Position numbers and translations under genes: made by a program. From NCBI GenBank assembly GCA_051294375.1, contig CM119268.1:16583181-16647180 (forward strand): 64,000 bases of DNA. Reading direction: 5' to 3'. The notes beneath the pieces are model-generated. The model did not search any database, was not told the origin of the DNA, and saw only the letters and a list, made by a program, of their open reading frames with translations. This stretch comes from Paraspadella gotoi (taxonomy: Eukaryota > Animalia > Chaetognatha). This document shows, piece after piece, positions 1 to 14,666 of the stretch (its first letter is position 1; every line of letters begins with the position of its first letter).

Positions 1-1562
1 CGATGCCAAATTTGACTTTCCTCTCGGTTTTAAAGATGAATGCACCAGTTGAGCCTGAGATGTCGCGATACTAAAGTAGAGCGAAACTGAATTATGGATG
101 AAAATACTTGGCCGAAGGTTCTCTCCGACCTTCTGACCCTTAGCGCCGCACCGCGTCATGGTAATACCGATCTCGATACCGCATCGGCACCGCAGAGGAC
201 CGCAAACCGACGGCCTCCATTTTTCAAAGAAACTCTTCTTCTTGGAGGTTTTAGTTTCTCCTTTTTTTTCCAAAATCCTCACTTGGTTTGTAGAGTTTTA
301 ACTATTGTAGTAACTAAATGAGTTTAGAAACTCGACATTTCCCTCTGATTCCATTCCGTATCGAAATCCATTGAAAGATCGGACGAGAACGCGGAACTTT
401 TCGGTATGTCATCGGCTAGAGACCGTCTTTTTCGTCGTCGTCGTCGTTCGTCGTCGTTCATCGTCGTTGTTGTCGTCGTCGTCGTCGATTCTATTTCGAA
501 TCCTTTGCCTCAATTCAATTCGAAGAAGATTCTTGCCGGTTAAAGAGAGAGGNNNNNNNNNNCCCAGTGATGCTCCCAGTTAAGCTTTTTTTTTTTGCCT
601 TTTTTTTCCGAAGTCGCGAAGATCTAGTTTTTCGGGGTTTTGATTGCACAAGGTTTTAGTCGGAGCCAGTGAGAAACGGAGGGGGTAGACGGAGGGAGCG
701 GTGGAGGAAGGGGTTAAGGGTGAAATCGAGGGAGAAACTGAAACTAAAACGCAAGTTCTTTAAAAGAGATTATCATTTATTCACAATTTTACGACCTACG
801 ATGACTCGAAGACGTCAAGACGTCAACCAAGACACAATTATTACGCGTTTATTTACGTGAGATTAAACGTGGTCAGTAATTAGATTTTAACGTGACAATA
901 ACAAATTATATTTATGCATTTATACAATGACCGACGTCTTATCGCGAAAAATGATTTTACTAAGATTTTAGCGACCAACTGAAATACGATGCCAAATTTG
1001 ACTTTCTCTCTGTGGAATTTTTTCTCTCGGTTTTAAAGATGAATGCACCAGTTGAGCCAGATGTCGCGATACTAAAGTAGAGCGAAAACTGAATTATGGA
1101 TGAAAATACTTGGCCGAAGGTTCATCTCCGACCTTCTGACCCCTTAGCGCCGCCACCGCGTCATGGATAAACCGATCTCGATACCGCATCGGCACCGCAG
1201 AGGACCGCAAACCGACGGCTCCATTTTTCAAAGAAACTCTTCTTCTTGGACGGTTTTAGTTTTCCCTTTTTTTTTTTTCCAAAATCCTCATTAGGTTTTA
1301 GAGTTTTAACTTAGTAGTAACTAAATGAGTTAGAAACTCGACATTTCCCTCTGATTCCATTCCGTATCGAAATCCATTGAAAGATCGGACGAGAACGCGG
1401 AACTTTTCGGTATGTCATCGGCTAGAGACCGCTTTTTCGTCGTCGTCGTCCGTCGTTCGTCGTCGTTCATCGTCGTTTGTTGTCGTCGTCGTCGTCGATT
1501 CTATTTCGAATCCTTTGCCTCAATTCAATTCGAAGAAGATTCTTGCCGGTTAAAGAGAGAGG
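1..1562. repeat. Direct duplication: 1-552 repeated at 987-1562, either side of the N gap at 553-562
   Basis: Near-identical sequence (cgatgccaaatttgac...ttgccggttaaagagagagg) differing mainly by 1-3 nt indels and one ~20-nt insertion; probably an assembly/gap-fill artefact. Confidence 0.9.
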
Positions 1563-1786
1563 AGAGAGCCGGGGGCTAGAGGGGGGTTAGGGAAAAGAGG
1601 GAGAATTCCAAAATGGTTTGGGTGTAAGAGCTTTTCGGGCTTAGGGTGGAAATGGGGTAAAACGTGAGAAGGATTCGGGTGGGGGGGGGGAAGTGGGGAG
1701 GTCACCGGCTTCGAAGATCACGACGCGAAATTGGGTCATGTGACCGAGAGAGATGACGCCGATTCACCAACATTTCGAGAACAGTG

Positions 1787-1950
<164 letters not shown>

Positions 1951-2554
1951 GATGAGATGAAAGAGGAGAGAGAAAAGATAAGGATAAACACGAAGAAGAT
2001 CGAGTGAATTTATGGCGTATAGCTAGTGAAGCAAGGAGTAGCACGAGGTAAGAAGTCGTTTCCCTCAGATTGAAAAAGGAGGTAAACAGAGGAAGCTGAA
2101 GAGAGAGTCGATGACGGGCAGAGTGGCGGGCAGAGGGAGGCGGAGTCCGGGCAGGTTAACCTCGCAAGCAAGAAAGGCGCGTTTGGTGTAGAGTTGGTGA
2201 TGTTGGCTTAAATAGGCTGCGATAAGCGGGCAGTTAGCGATCGGTGAAATGGACTACTTTTTCTGGCTGGAAGAACGGCGTACTGGCGGAATGAGGAAAG
2301 ACATTCCTGTGTCTTTCGAGATTTAGAATGTCCCTATTTAGGCGGGAAGAAAGAACGTCTTAAAAAGGAGGCAAAGGCAACGGAAGTACTTAACAAGAGT
2401 ATCTTTTCTACTTTACCTACCTAGTGGAATGTAATGAGTAACGAGTACTTAAATTTCGATGATGACGATGAACTACTTCATTAAAGGTCATTTAAAACAA
2501 AATTTTATCAAGCATTTTAAGTTAGTTGACATTCAATGTTCTTTTTGCACGCAG

Positions 2555-2888
2555 GTTTCATTGGAAGCAGGTTCAAATCCTTTTGGATTGGATGTACGGT
2601 CAAGGTTTAAATGGAATAACCCGTTCGAACGTCTTTAACGTCCTGCAGGTAAATGATCATAATTACTTATAATATAATAATATAATAATAAATGAATAAA
2701 TAATAATAATAATAATTGTATAATTTTTAAAGATAAAAAAATAATTTAAAATAAATAATAAGTCAGATAATAATATAATTATATTAATAATAATACAATA
2801 AATAAAGAATATAATAATACTATTAATACATAATAATAATAATAATAATAATAATATAATAATAATAATAATATTAATAATAATAATA

Positions 2889-2926
<38 letters not shown>

Positions 2927-3065
2927 TTAACAATAATAAATAATTAATAATAAATATAATAATATATATAATATAATTATATAATAATTAATAATATAAT
3001 AAATAATATTAATAATAATAATAATAATAAAATATTAAATAATAATAATAATAATAATATATGAT

Positions 3066-3097
<32 letters not shown>

Positions 3098-6000
3098 TAA
3101 TAATATTATATCCCATCAGGCCGCGCGCAGTCTCCAAATCGAACTGCCATCGACGATTGTCTTCACTTCATCCAAACGACGGACACGCCCCCTCTTCGCG
3201 CCTTCACTCCACCACGCTCCCCCCTCCCCTCCATCCTTCCTTCAAGGCTGTGACGTCATCCTCGTCGTCTCTCTCCTCCTCCTCATCCTCCTTGCCGGTG
3301 TCGGGCCGGCGGACGCCGACGTCTGTCGTCGCGCCGCTTCTCGACTCCGTCGTCGAATCGGCGCCGGTTCTTTCTTCCACGACGTCGGCGGTCTCCGGCG
3401 CCAACGCCCCCACCGTCTCGCCCCCTTCGCCCATTGACTCTCTCCCTCTCTCTCCGCCCAAACCGCCTGTCCTACCTCTTTCCGCCTCGTCCTCCTCCAC
3501 CCTCTCTTCCTCATCCGGTCCTCTGACCCTGAGAGGTCACATCCTCTCCGCCCTCTCGTCCTCTCAACATTCCCGACTCTCTCGCAACGGAGGAGGGTCT
3601 TCGTCGTCCTCTTCCTCCTCTTCATCTTCCTCCTCCTCCTCTTCCTCGAACGGCGTCAAACCCTTCTCGGCGCTCGATCGACTCGTAGAGGGCGCCTTCG
3701 CTCGTCGAGCCTGCGCCTCAGCGTCAGACGAATCCGCCGCCGCCGCCACAGAAGCAGCCCCCACGTCTATATCACCGGAAACGAGATTTCGTCGCCTCAA
3801 CGGCGACAACGAAGCCACGTCGACGCCGTCGTCGTCTTCGTCGCCGCCGGGATGCCGCCGGACGCCGGGCGACGACGACGACGCCGCAGTCGACGCGGCC
3901 GACGCCGCAGCGAAGGAGGCGAAGGAGCCTCCGCAGCCGCGGGCGACGGATTCGCCTCCAGTGGTCAATAAACGTAAACGAAAGGCGGTGAGGCGGTTCG
4001 TCTCGGCGCTGGATCTGCGGAAAAAGCGGGAGGAAAGCGAAGGTGGGTTTCGGGGGGACCAGCGGAGTGGGTAGGCAAACTAGGCGTGGGGTTGGGTGAT
4101 GGGGATGTGTTAGGAATGAGGAGGGAGTTTGCGTCTCGAATTTTAGTGGTTACTAGAATTTAAAATTTTCAGCATATATTTAAAAACTGTTCAAGCGACT
4201 AAAAATCCAATGTGTTGTTTTAGAGCGTGATGGATTCACGTAGTTTTTAATTCACCAGTTTCTTTTTTTTTCTTTTGAAGCAGTAGCATTTAAAGCGACA
4301 AAAAGTGAAAGGTTAAAATTTATAATTGAACAAATACATTGTAGACACGTTTGTCTAATCTCTTTCTTCCTCTCTCCTCAAAAAGGCTTCCCCCTCGATG
4401 ATCGCGACGCAGACCCTTCGCCCTTCCGCCTCCAACACGACTTCCATCCCGACCTTCCACACCCTCAACGCCCCCAACGGCCCGACGTCCGCGACCGACT
4501 GGGGGTGCGCCTCGCCCCCGAAGGCGCTTTAACGATGAACAAAGACTCGGCGGACATCGACGACGACAACGACGACGTCTCGTCGCGACGTTTCGGCGAT
4601 GCCTCCTCCTCCGTCGACGATCGATTCGAAGCCGGCGCTCGCGTCGCCGCACGACGCCTCGATTGTCGGAGAGACGCCGATGACCTTTTGGCGTCGCCCC
4701 CGCGACGAAACGGCGCCCTTGGCGACGAACCATCGCCCTCGTCGCCGTCGTCGTCGCCCACGTCTTCGTCTACGCCGCAGACCCGATCAGAGCGGTACGC
4801 CTCGCTGCAGGAGGACCGCGCCGCAGCGGGAAAAGTCGTCATCGCCGATGAGGATCTTAAGTTCATCATCAAAGCGCCGGACAGAGCCGCGTCGGGTGGA
4901 GCTGTCGGATCCAGCGCTTCCTCGGACATGGCCGTCGGGCATTATCTGTGCACGGTGATTAAGGGGGGAAAGCCGGGAAAGGTAAGGTTTTTTAACGATT
5001 ATACTTTATAATTTAAATTGACTAATTTTTTGGCGAAAAAATTAAAAACATTTAGAAATTTTTTTTAAAACATTGCACAACGTAAATAGCAAGTAGAAAT
5101 TTACATTTGAACGGTGAGATACAAAAGTTCAAAACCATTCCAAATCAGCCCTGGAGAGGAGATTTTTCTGCAATAATATGACACTTAATTCTCATTTCAT
5201 TTCCTCAACAGGTCTGCGGTCAGCGGGCGCAGAGCCTCTGCGAATACGCACAGCACCTGTGGAAGCGACACGAAATCGTGCTGCGATCGTTCGACCCGCT
5301 GCTCATTCAGTGCAAACAGTGTCCCTACAAGACTTACCTCAGCTGGAACATGAAGCTGCACATCGAGGCTGAACACGAGAACGGGAAAGTCGCCTGTCCC
5401 GGTAAGACAAAAAGTTTATTGTTTATTCTGAGATGTTGCATATTGTTTCAAATGGACAATAGTCGATTGGGATGTTGGATTTAAGTTTACTGACGATCTC
5501 TTTGTGACCAATTCACTACTCCGTCCCCCTTCAGTCTGCAACAAACTGTTCTGCAACCCCACCTTCCTGGATCTCCACATTGCCGAGCATCACCCGAGTT
5601 CCTCCGCGTCTCCCGTCAAGGCTTCCGCATCATCCTCTTCCTCCTCCCCCTCCTCCTCCTCCCACGCTCGATCCCCCTTCGCCCCTCTGGCAAGCCCGGT
5701 CGCCCGCAGAGCGGAACCTCCGCCTATCAAGCAACGCCGTCAGCTCGACGCTCATCCCGGATTCCATCCGGCACCGCCGGCGTCACCTCTGGCGTTTTCC
5801 GGCGTCGTCAGGGGCGAGGCCGCAGCAGTCGCTGCTGCCAACGCCGCCGCTAACGCCGCCGCCGAGCAGAGCTTCAAATGCGAAGAGTGCGGGAGAAGGT
5901 TTCGCGCTCAGGTGAGGAATAGGTTTTTATTTCAGCCATTTGCATTTTGAGATTAGTTTAATGAAAATGTCCAATGATTTATCACAAAAATAAATGAAAA

Positions 6001-7552
6001 AAGATAATCTTATGAGAAGAAATGACAAATAAAAGTCGGAACTGATTTTTCATGTGTTTCCTCGCAGAATCATTGCGGATTTTTTATGTATTAAATATCA
6101 ACGAACGTGCAAGAATGCCGAATAGTAAATATAATTTGATAGTCAAAGCTTAAAGTAAATTGTTTTCCTACCTTCCACTTTACACTACAGGGCGACTTTA
6201 TTCACCACATGCGTAAGACGCACCTCGAGGAACCAAAGCCGTTGCGATGTCCGCAATGTGAAGACTTCTTCTGCCTTTTCCCTTCCCAACTCAAGCATCA
6301 TTTAAGGATCAAGCACAATATCGAGGTGAAGGGAGCCGTTTGTTGTTGTTATCCTTTTTATTATTGAAAACTACCTTGAGTTGACAATAGTCTTTTAATT
6401 TAGGATTTTTTTTTAGTGGAGATTTACGTCAAATCGTCTTACCAACTATCATTTTAAGTCATAACGAAACCTATTTTTGTTATAGTGATATAAGCAGAAA
6501 CTATATCAGCCACTTCTCGGTAGATCACTTCCAAACTTCGCCTTACCTAATCAACGCCCAACCCTCATTGTGAACACAGCATTCGGAGAGCGCGACTCAT
6601 TGCCACATTTGCGGGATGATGACGACGTCGACGGCCGAACTCCACGCCCACCTCTTGACCTGTCACGCCCCGCCCACTTCCCTAGAGATTCCCAGCAACG
6701 ACCTCCTCACCACCGTCTCCGGGAGGATAACCCCGCCTTCGGGAACCACCTTCCCGGGAAGGTGGGACAGGCTTGAGAGTTGACATGTATTTGAATAAAT
6801 ATATATATATATATTTTTTTTACAGTATTTGACTATTTTTCACCCCATCCTCCTGTGCTCTCCTCAGATCGACCCCTACTAGTCCGTTCCACAGTCAGCA
6901 AACGTCATCCAGCGGCGCCCTAGCGCCTTATGGGCTCCAAGGCGCCGTCGGGGGTTCCCCCGACTCTTCCCCCGGATCAAGTCATCCCCCAGTCGTCTGC
7001 CAAACTTGCGGCAAGACCTTCAAGAACGACAAATATCTTAAGTCGCATCAGTGGTACGCACATTCAGGTAAGATGCACCACACTTTATTTCCTACGTACT
7101 GTTCTCTATCTTTCTATTTTGTAAGCGATGCATATAGATGCAGAAAAGAGAAAGTTAAACTGCGAATGGTTTTATTATTATTGCAATTGCTATACCGTAA
7201 GACTTCGGTTACTATTATTTAATGTAATGCACTATAATGTTACATCCCTTGGAGTGTACTTGGTTTAATCGCACTTGTATGAAGAGAGACAACAAAAAGT
7301 ATTTTTGCGACTCTCGAAATTTCCCATCCAATCTACATAATTTTCCGCCGACTTTTAAACATTCCGACATTTTTTAAAAACACCCAGTTTGTAAATTTCA
7401 ACGATGAACATTTTCGGGAAAAACCGGGAAAAGAAGGGAGAGAGAGAGAGNNNNNNNNNNNNNNNNNNNNNNNNNNNAGAGGAGAAGAGAAGAGAGAGAG
7501 AGAGAGAGAGAGAGAAGAGAGAAGAGAGAGAAGAGAGAGAGAGAGAGAGGAG

Positions 7553-7590
<38 letters not shown>

Positions 7591-8089
7591 AAGAGGGGAG
7601 AGGATTTTCAGAGATTTTCCGGAAATTTTTAATCGACGGAAAGTTTTCGATCCCCCCCTCTTCTCTTCATTCGTTCTCGATAATTTTTGTTCATTTTTTT
7701 TTTCCTTTGCGTCCGAAATTTTTTGATATTTTGCCTCCTCAAATATGACCCACTGTTTACGTTGGAGATTGGGAGGCAATAAAAATCCGTTGGGCGCCAA
7801 AAAGTTGTTGACGGCGACTAGAAAGGAAGGAAGTCGGAAGGGGAGTGGAAGGGGTGCACCGGGTGTAGGGCGAGAAAATTATGGAAGGTGCCATGTGTTG
7901 GATCAGAGTGATAGGGCGTGGTCATTGTTTGCTTGAGTTTCAAAAGAATTGGGAGTATGATTAGATTCGGGTGAGGTTGTCTCGTTTAAAATGGGGACTG
8001 TAAGAGATGGGTGAGTAAAGATTATTTAATGGANNNNNNNNNNNNNNNNNNNNNNNNNCCAAATCTCTCTCTCCTCTCTCTCGCTCTGA

Positions 8090-8137
<48 letters not shown>

Positions 8138-8847
8138 CTCTCCTCGTTAGAGGTATTCGCCCCTGGACGAACGGCTGCGGAGGAAATGAATTCCGTGTAG
8201 TCTGGTGAATGTGTCGGCGAAAAATTATTATTTTCGTGGAGATATGAAAATTAAAGAAAGAGAAAAGACGAAAGTTGATGAAATCAAAGAAAGATTATAA
8301 ACGGGAAGTGGGGAAGTGGGAGAAACGGAAGGAGATGTGGAAAAAATGAACCGAAAACAAAAACAAAAAAAAAAAAAAAAAAAAAAAAAATTGAAAAACG
8401 TTAAATTCAAATTTTACGAAAACGACGTTTTTCATGAAAGAAGGAAAAAATCAATTTCCTACCTCGTGATTTTTTTTTTTTTTGGTTTTTCCGGTTCATT
8501 TTTCACATCTCCTTCCGTTTTCCCACTTCCCGTTTATAATCTTTCTTTGATTTTCATAACTTCGTCTTTTCTCTTTCTTTAATTTTCATATCTCCACGAA
8601 AATAATAATTTTTCGCGAACACATATCACGACTACACGGAATTCCCGCCAAGCCGTTNNNNNNNNNNNNNNNNNNNNNNNNNNNNNNNNNNNNNNNNNNN
8701 NNNNNNNNNNNNNNNNNNNNNNNNNNNNNNNNNNNNNNNNNNNNNNNNNNNNNNNNNNNNNNNNNNNNNNNNNNNNNNNNNNNNNNNNNNNNNNNNNNNN
8801 NNNNNNNNNNNNNNNNNNNNNNNNNNNNNNNNNNNNNNNNNNNNNNN

Positions 8848-8882
<35 letters not shown>

Positions 8883-11648
8883 ATCGACGGGGCAGAGAGT
8901 TTGGCACCTCGGTACCAAATCAAACAAGGGAGGGGAGTCACAGTACTTACCTATTCTCGGAGAACTTCGCCGGGGATGTATTACGAAATGTGATGGAATC
9001 ATATTCATCCTTCATCTCTTCTTTTCTCTTTTATTCTGTATTTTTGTTTTTAATCTTTTTCTTTCTATGTCCCTTCAATCGTATTGATCAATTGGTTTGC
9101 ATCCAGTTTACACAGAGTGTGCGCTCCTCTCGCAGTCGGGCGGTTTTCGGAAAATCGTCGGTCCTCATCGAAGCGTCGCTTTAATAAACGCAAAGAAATG
9201 ATTTGGAATAAACCCGAACTTCACTAGAGGGCGACGTTTAACCTAATCTAATAAACTCTTTTAATTCTTCTTTCCGTTGCTTCTTTCCAAACCATCAACA
9301 TTTTAATTTCTTATTTTTCGATCGTCCTACAAAAAAAAAAATCGAGAACAAAAAAATTTCGTCGGGAAATGTTTTGGGTCCGACTTCACGGGGCGACCCG
9401 CTTGGCGCCTCGGCGACGAAGACGCCCCCGACGGCGAAACTGGGTCTTCGGGGATGTGGAAGGAGAGGATGGCTGGAAGGGAGTGTTAAGGTTTTTTCTC
9501 ACCTCCGTTTCGTCTCGTTCCCACGCGCATGGCTGCGTACATGATAACTCGTCACCTGGCTTTTCTGAGCACGACATTTACTCTTCAATGCGGGCGGGCA
9601 ACTAAAAACTTAAAAAATCTTTTCATCACGACTTTTTGTTGTGAAACCTGAAGTCAGATTGATTGCTGTATCACTGAAATTTCGCAAGCTTTTCCTCTTG
9701 CATAGTTTCGTAGAATTATTATTTATGAGTTATAACTAAGTGTTTATCTTGAAAAATATAATAATATTAAACGCTAAATTCTTACTTCTCTTTAACTTTT
9801 AATACGAATTTTAAGTTCGCCAAAAAAGAAACTTTTTGTTGATCTATACACTCAAAACTCGTCCCAACTCTAAAATTCCATTTTCTCTTTCGGTCTTCGT
9901 ATCAGCGTACCATCTTCTCGAAACTTACCTTCTGCGTCAACGATTCGAGCGACTTACTTTCTCTCCCCCTCCCAATCTTTCACTTACCTTCCGTTGCGAG
10001 TCCAAGTGAATACTCTCTCTGAGACAGACACGAAGAAGGGAAAGGGAGAGAAAATGTGAATTAGAACCGAGAGCCCCCCCCCTCTCTCTCTCTCGTTCGA
10101 AAGACTAAACTCTTTCCTCCCTCCGACTAATTTCGATTTTTCGCCCAACCGGGGTAACCGAGTCGACCGTCTTTCCTTCGTTACGAGTCGCGAATATTTA
10201 GGGTCGAGTTGGAATGAATCGAGCTTCTTCAGGGGACCAAGCATCTCTCACCCCTCCTCCCCTCGGTCCATCCACCACGGTCCCCCATCCACCACCACCG
10301 CAATATAATACAACAATCCTCCCCCCCCTCTTATCTACCATCCCCCTCTCTTTTTTTTTTCCTACCGAAGTTCTAACAAGGACGAAAGAGAAAAGGAGAA
10401 CGGAGAAGGCTCCGCCTTTTGGCCAAACAAGGAAAAGTATTAAGAAGATTTTGACTTTAAGCTACTGAATCTCGCGAGGAACTTTTGGGGGAAACTCCCG
10501 GACATTTTTTTGCCCCTTCGAAGGATTTCCGGGCTTCCGACAGATGCATACATCGCGAGGACAGAATGAGGGAAAGGGGGGATTTTGAAAATGGGGGGAA
10601 AATAAGAGAAGCGATGAAGAGTTGAAGGGAAAAATTCTTGTCTCCCGGTTCCTCAGTCGAATAGCAGAACCTTTTTGGAATAATTTAATTTGGAAGTAAC
10701 GATATTTTTTGGTTTGTGTTCTTTAATAGAGACCCAATGAATTAAGTGAATATTGAAGAAATTAACTGCAATTGCGAATAAACTAAAGAAGTGCATTGTC
10801 ATTTTTTAACCACACTATTCTTAAAAAGCGTATTCTGATGGAAAATTCATAGAATGGTTGTACGTATTTCCTAATGAGAAAATCATAACTCCCTCCCTCT
10901 GCAGGCAAAATCTTCGCGTGCCCAGTTTGCGACAAGCAATTCCCTCGAAAGGCCAACTTACAGCAGCACATCCGCATCATCCACACTCACCGTGGGCAAA
11001 AACCTTTCAAGTGCGCCTACTGTTCTCACGCCTGCTCACTCAAGGAAAATTGTCGGTGAGTGGATGATTTCGTGAGAAAAACCCAATGAATATTTTTTCC
11101 ACACATTGATCTTTTGTCTTTCCGTGACTTTTCCTGGCAACAGAAAACACATCAAGAAATCACATCCGGGTCTCGAGATCCGAGTCATCGAACTCGAGTC
11201 CCCCTCCAATGCTATGGCCGCCGCTGCCCTAGTCGCTGCCACCAACGGCGGCAGTCCCTTGCTGGGCCTGGCGCCGCCTACGTCGACGAGCAACTCTCCG
11301 GCGCCGCGCCAACGACTACCATCCACGTCGTCCACGTCATCATCAGCGTCATCTTCAGGTGCCGCGGCGACGGCTGCAGCCGCCGCGGCCGCCGCGGCCT
11401 TGGCCACGGGTACTTTTCCGTCAAACTTGCGCGACTTTGCTGCCGCGCAGGCCGCCGCCGTCGCGGCCATTTCAGCCGGCGCCCCTTCCCACGCCGCAGC
11501 AGCCCTTATGGCTGCCGGAGCCACCGGCGGGAGAGGAGGTGGTGCCAACCTTCCCGCTGCCGCCTCAGGGGTTGGGTCGACAACTCCGTCCAAGTCGCCG
11601 ACTCCGACAGGAAGGGCGACGGTCTTTGCCGGTTCTGGTGCTAGCTGA
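2555..11648 (+). CDS. BTB/POZ domain + nine C2H2 zinc-finger transcription factor (ZBTB-like), 5' partial
   Basis: GT-AG exons ~2555-2648, 3120-4042, 4386-4981, 5212-5401, 5535-5911, 6191-6325, 6580-6761, 6868-7067, 10905-11055, 11144-11648. The first two give FHWKQVQILLDWMYGQGLNGITRSNVFNVLQ|AARSLQIE (end of a BTB fold). Fingers include CKQCPYKTYLSWNMKLHIEAEH, CPVCNKLF..HIAEHH, CEECGRRFRAQGDFIHHMRKTH, CQTCGKTFKNDKYLKSHQWYAH, CPVCDKQFPRKANLQQHIRIIH and CAYCSHACSLKENCRKHIKKSH. Needs two frameshifts at ~3143-3250. Confidence 0.88.
2670..3108. repeat. Degenerate (TAA)n microsatellite filling an intron of the BTB-ZF gene
   Basis: Directly visible. Confidence 0.95.
8059..8882. repeat. Large inverted duplication between N gaps (8170-8390 vs 8470-8657; ccaaatctctc at 8059 vs gagagatttgg ending 8882)
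   Basis: Arms are reverse complements differing mostly by indels and are flanked by gaps; likely a read-foldback artefact. Confidence 0.8.
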
Positions 11649-14600
11649 GCATGAGAGAGAAAGACCTTTTGGTAAGAATTTAAAACTTTACTCAAAAAAT
11701 TAAATTAAATCTTGGAATAAACAAACAAAAAAAACTTTAAGGACGCTTCACAAACTAATTAAACACGGAGGATTGTTTTTAAGTCCTGTACCAAAAAAGA
11801 GACCTTAAAACGTTAACATTAATTTCCTTCATTATGGAAGATAACATTGGTTAATAATGTTCATTAAAAAAACTACTGCTGCATTTTTGGTTAAAATTTG
11901 ATAATTCGTTTGTATGCAATAATTTTTTTTAAAGTAACTACTTAAACAGACCGTTACAACAGAATAAAACGTATTTTTAACCTTGGGTATGTAAGTTACC
12001 ATAGCACTAAAATGGCTGAACCGATTTTCTTTTAATTTACGCGAAGGATTACTTTTTTAATAATCTATTTTACCATTCATAACTTTTGATAATACATGCA
12101 TAAAATATAATTAAGAATTAACAGTAGCTTTTTTTTTGTACAGGACTCTATATCAATGTTAAATTTTCGTAAAATTTTTTATTAAATAGTGATTTTATAC
12201 TTGACAGTTCACAATTAAGGCTGAATTAGTCACGACGTTGAACGAGCAGCGAATGTCAATGCAAATTATGCCTTCTCGTGATTGCATTTTTTATACAGTA
12301 TGACATACACATTACACATACCAAATCCAGTTTGATCTAAGCAGTTTATCTTCATATTATTAAATAATGATAATGGTAATTCTCCATTGTAAGCGATTTT
12401 CTTTTTAGAACTATCTTTTTTATGTTAATTAATGAAAATAAATTTTGAAATCATACTGTTTTTAATTTTCGACAGATTTAACAAAACGGCCGCTATTTAT
12501 AAGACGGTGCCTTTTTGGTAATCGGATCGAGCGTCACTTAATAGTTTATTATTACAATAACAACGAAACATCCATCTTGGAAATGCCACTCATTGTCAAG
12601 CAAACGCATAAAAGCACTAGCAAATGCTTATTCTTAATTATTTTTCTCGTTATTTGTTGAAACCGTACGTGAGTCCACAAACCGCCTGTTCTTTCTTCTA
12701 TTCATTCTTTTTACTTGTATGGTGTTCGAATATTATCGATGTGTAAAAATTACTTTCAATGTTTTAAATAAGTAAAGAATACGGTTGTTTTCGAGGTTCC
12801 GTGGTTTTTGTAAGAGTATAATTAACGCTGAGGCGAGTTTATGTAGCACAACTTTTTAAGATTAATAAAGCATGTTTTTTTTTATCAAATTTTCAAGTAA
12901 TAGATGCAAAATTTTAAATTGCTTGTAATTTGCAGAACACAATATTGCACCGGAGATAAGAAAATTACGCAGTTTCTCTTAAAAATAAGAAATTATTTAG
13001 TTACAAAAAATATTGAATGGGAAATATTACAAAATTTTTATAGTAATAAGTGTCTAAAAGTTTTATGTCTCCTCTCATAGTTATACACATCCACTCGTTA
13101 AAGCCTTTACACTAGTGAAATTACGATCTAATGTAAACATGTCTGAAGTAACTCATGGGGTGGCTGATTAGCGAATATCAACTATGCAATACAACTTCAA
13201 TAAGCCGAGATTACCGTAATCTTTTTTTAAGCTACATTGTTCTGTTATCCAGTTAGCAGTAATCCCATGAAGTTTTTTTCTGTGTATTTATCGACATTAC
13301 AATCTTTTATACAGACAATACATCGATACTTCTTATACCCGTATTAGGAAACAATACTATGACCCGCCATAGAGATGCACTGCTAATGTTATTTACTCTT
13401 TGAAAGCATCTTTCTGTTTGTACACTTTGTAATGGCCATACAGCCATTTTCACGTTGTCGCAAGTATGTATAAGGCTGTTTTCGCTATGTTATTATAACA
13501 AGTTTAGCTCACATTGATTTTGTAGCTTATCCCCTCGTGTGTTTTATACCGAAATACAAATATTTGACTATTGTCAATGTTAAGAATGTCAGTTTCAAGT
13601 GAAATTAGAAGTAGTAGTCCCCGTTAAATCGTGTTCGCCATACAAAATTTGTTGACAAATTACATTTCGGATACAAAAACGTGATATATAATAATTGAAG
13701 GCCCCAGTTTAAAAAATTTTCAATTGATCCTTGCGTTATGTGACTCGTCCTTTCGGGTATAATCTCCTCATGTTATAATGTCCTACGCTTTCATTTCGCG
13801 CTTTATCTTAAAATATTAGTTTATTACGTCACAAATTAAACGATAGGCTTCAAGAAATAAATAACAATAACAATATTTTAATTAAACGCGGCACAGAATA
13901 GTAGTTTAAAATTTTTCAAACAAAGAACAAATTTAAATGTTACATTGTAATTACACGAGAAAATGACGTCTTGATAAATTGTTATTTTATTTTGTTAAAA
14001 CTAATTTTTAAAAAAAATTAACCATTCGAACAAATTTTGTTTTCAATTTTGTTCGAATTTAATGAAAATTTCAACTTTTTATTTTAGGATTTTAGTAGGA
14101 TTTGTTTCTGCTCATTTAGTTTAGAACGCCTTTGGGCAGAGGTCAGCCTACCGTTGTTGAATTTTCTCGCGTTGCCAATAGAATAGATCAAGATTTGAAT
14201 TAGCTGTTGAACCCAACTTCATAAACGTTAATTTAGGTAAATTAGCTTTTTGATACTCACGTTTTATACTTTTTTATAAAACTAAAAACTACTGAATTTA
14301 AACGAACTAAACTTGCTGTTTGCATTTGCCATTATTATGTGACGCATATCTTTGTCATTTTTATGTATGATTCCTGTTCTTGTTCAAACATGCTCATTCG
14401 TAAATAAAAAATAATGTAAAAAATACCTCGAATATTTGATTTTTACACATGGCACGTAAACAACTAGCTACAAATCAACTATATAACGAGTTGGAAGGAA
14501 CATGGTCTTTTTTTTTTTAAATATTTAAAATCGAAAAAATAACATTGCGAACAATGTAAACAATAACAAAATTCAAAACTAGGAAATGGGAGAAACGAGA

Positions 14601-14666
14601 TACTAGTAAAAGAATTATTTACTTGGAGTCATCGAAAAGAAATGGAAAGAATTGAAAAGAGAAGAA

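Noticed and set aside
1-1562. Tandem duplication as a biological repeat or LTR pair
   Set aside because: Straddles an N gap and differs mainly by small indels, typical of gap filling with noisy reads; no LTR hallmarks
3204-4929. Long antisense ORFs over GC-rich exons (also 11036-11695, 56747-57292)
   Set aside because: Shadows of GC-rich coding exons with no domain signal
8059-8882. Large palindrome as a Foldback transposon
   Set aside because: Bounded by gaps, arms differ by indel-type errors; read-foldback artefact is more likely, though not excluded without raw reads
11650-14660. Hidden gene in the 3-kb AT-rich interval
   Set aside because: No ORFs or exon-like composition; consistent with convergent 3' UTRs and intergenic DNA
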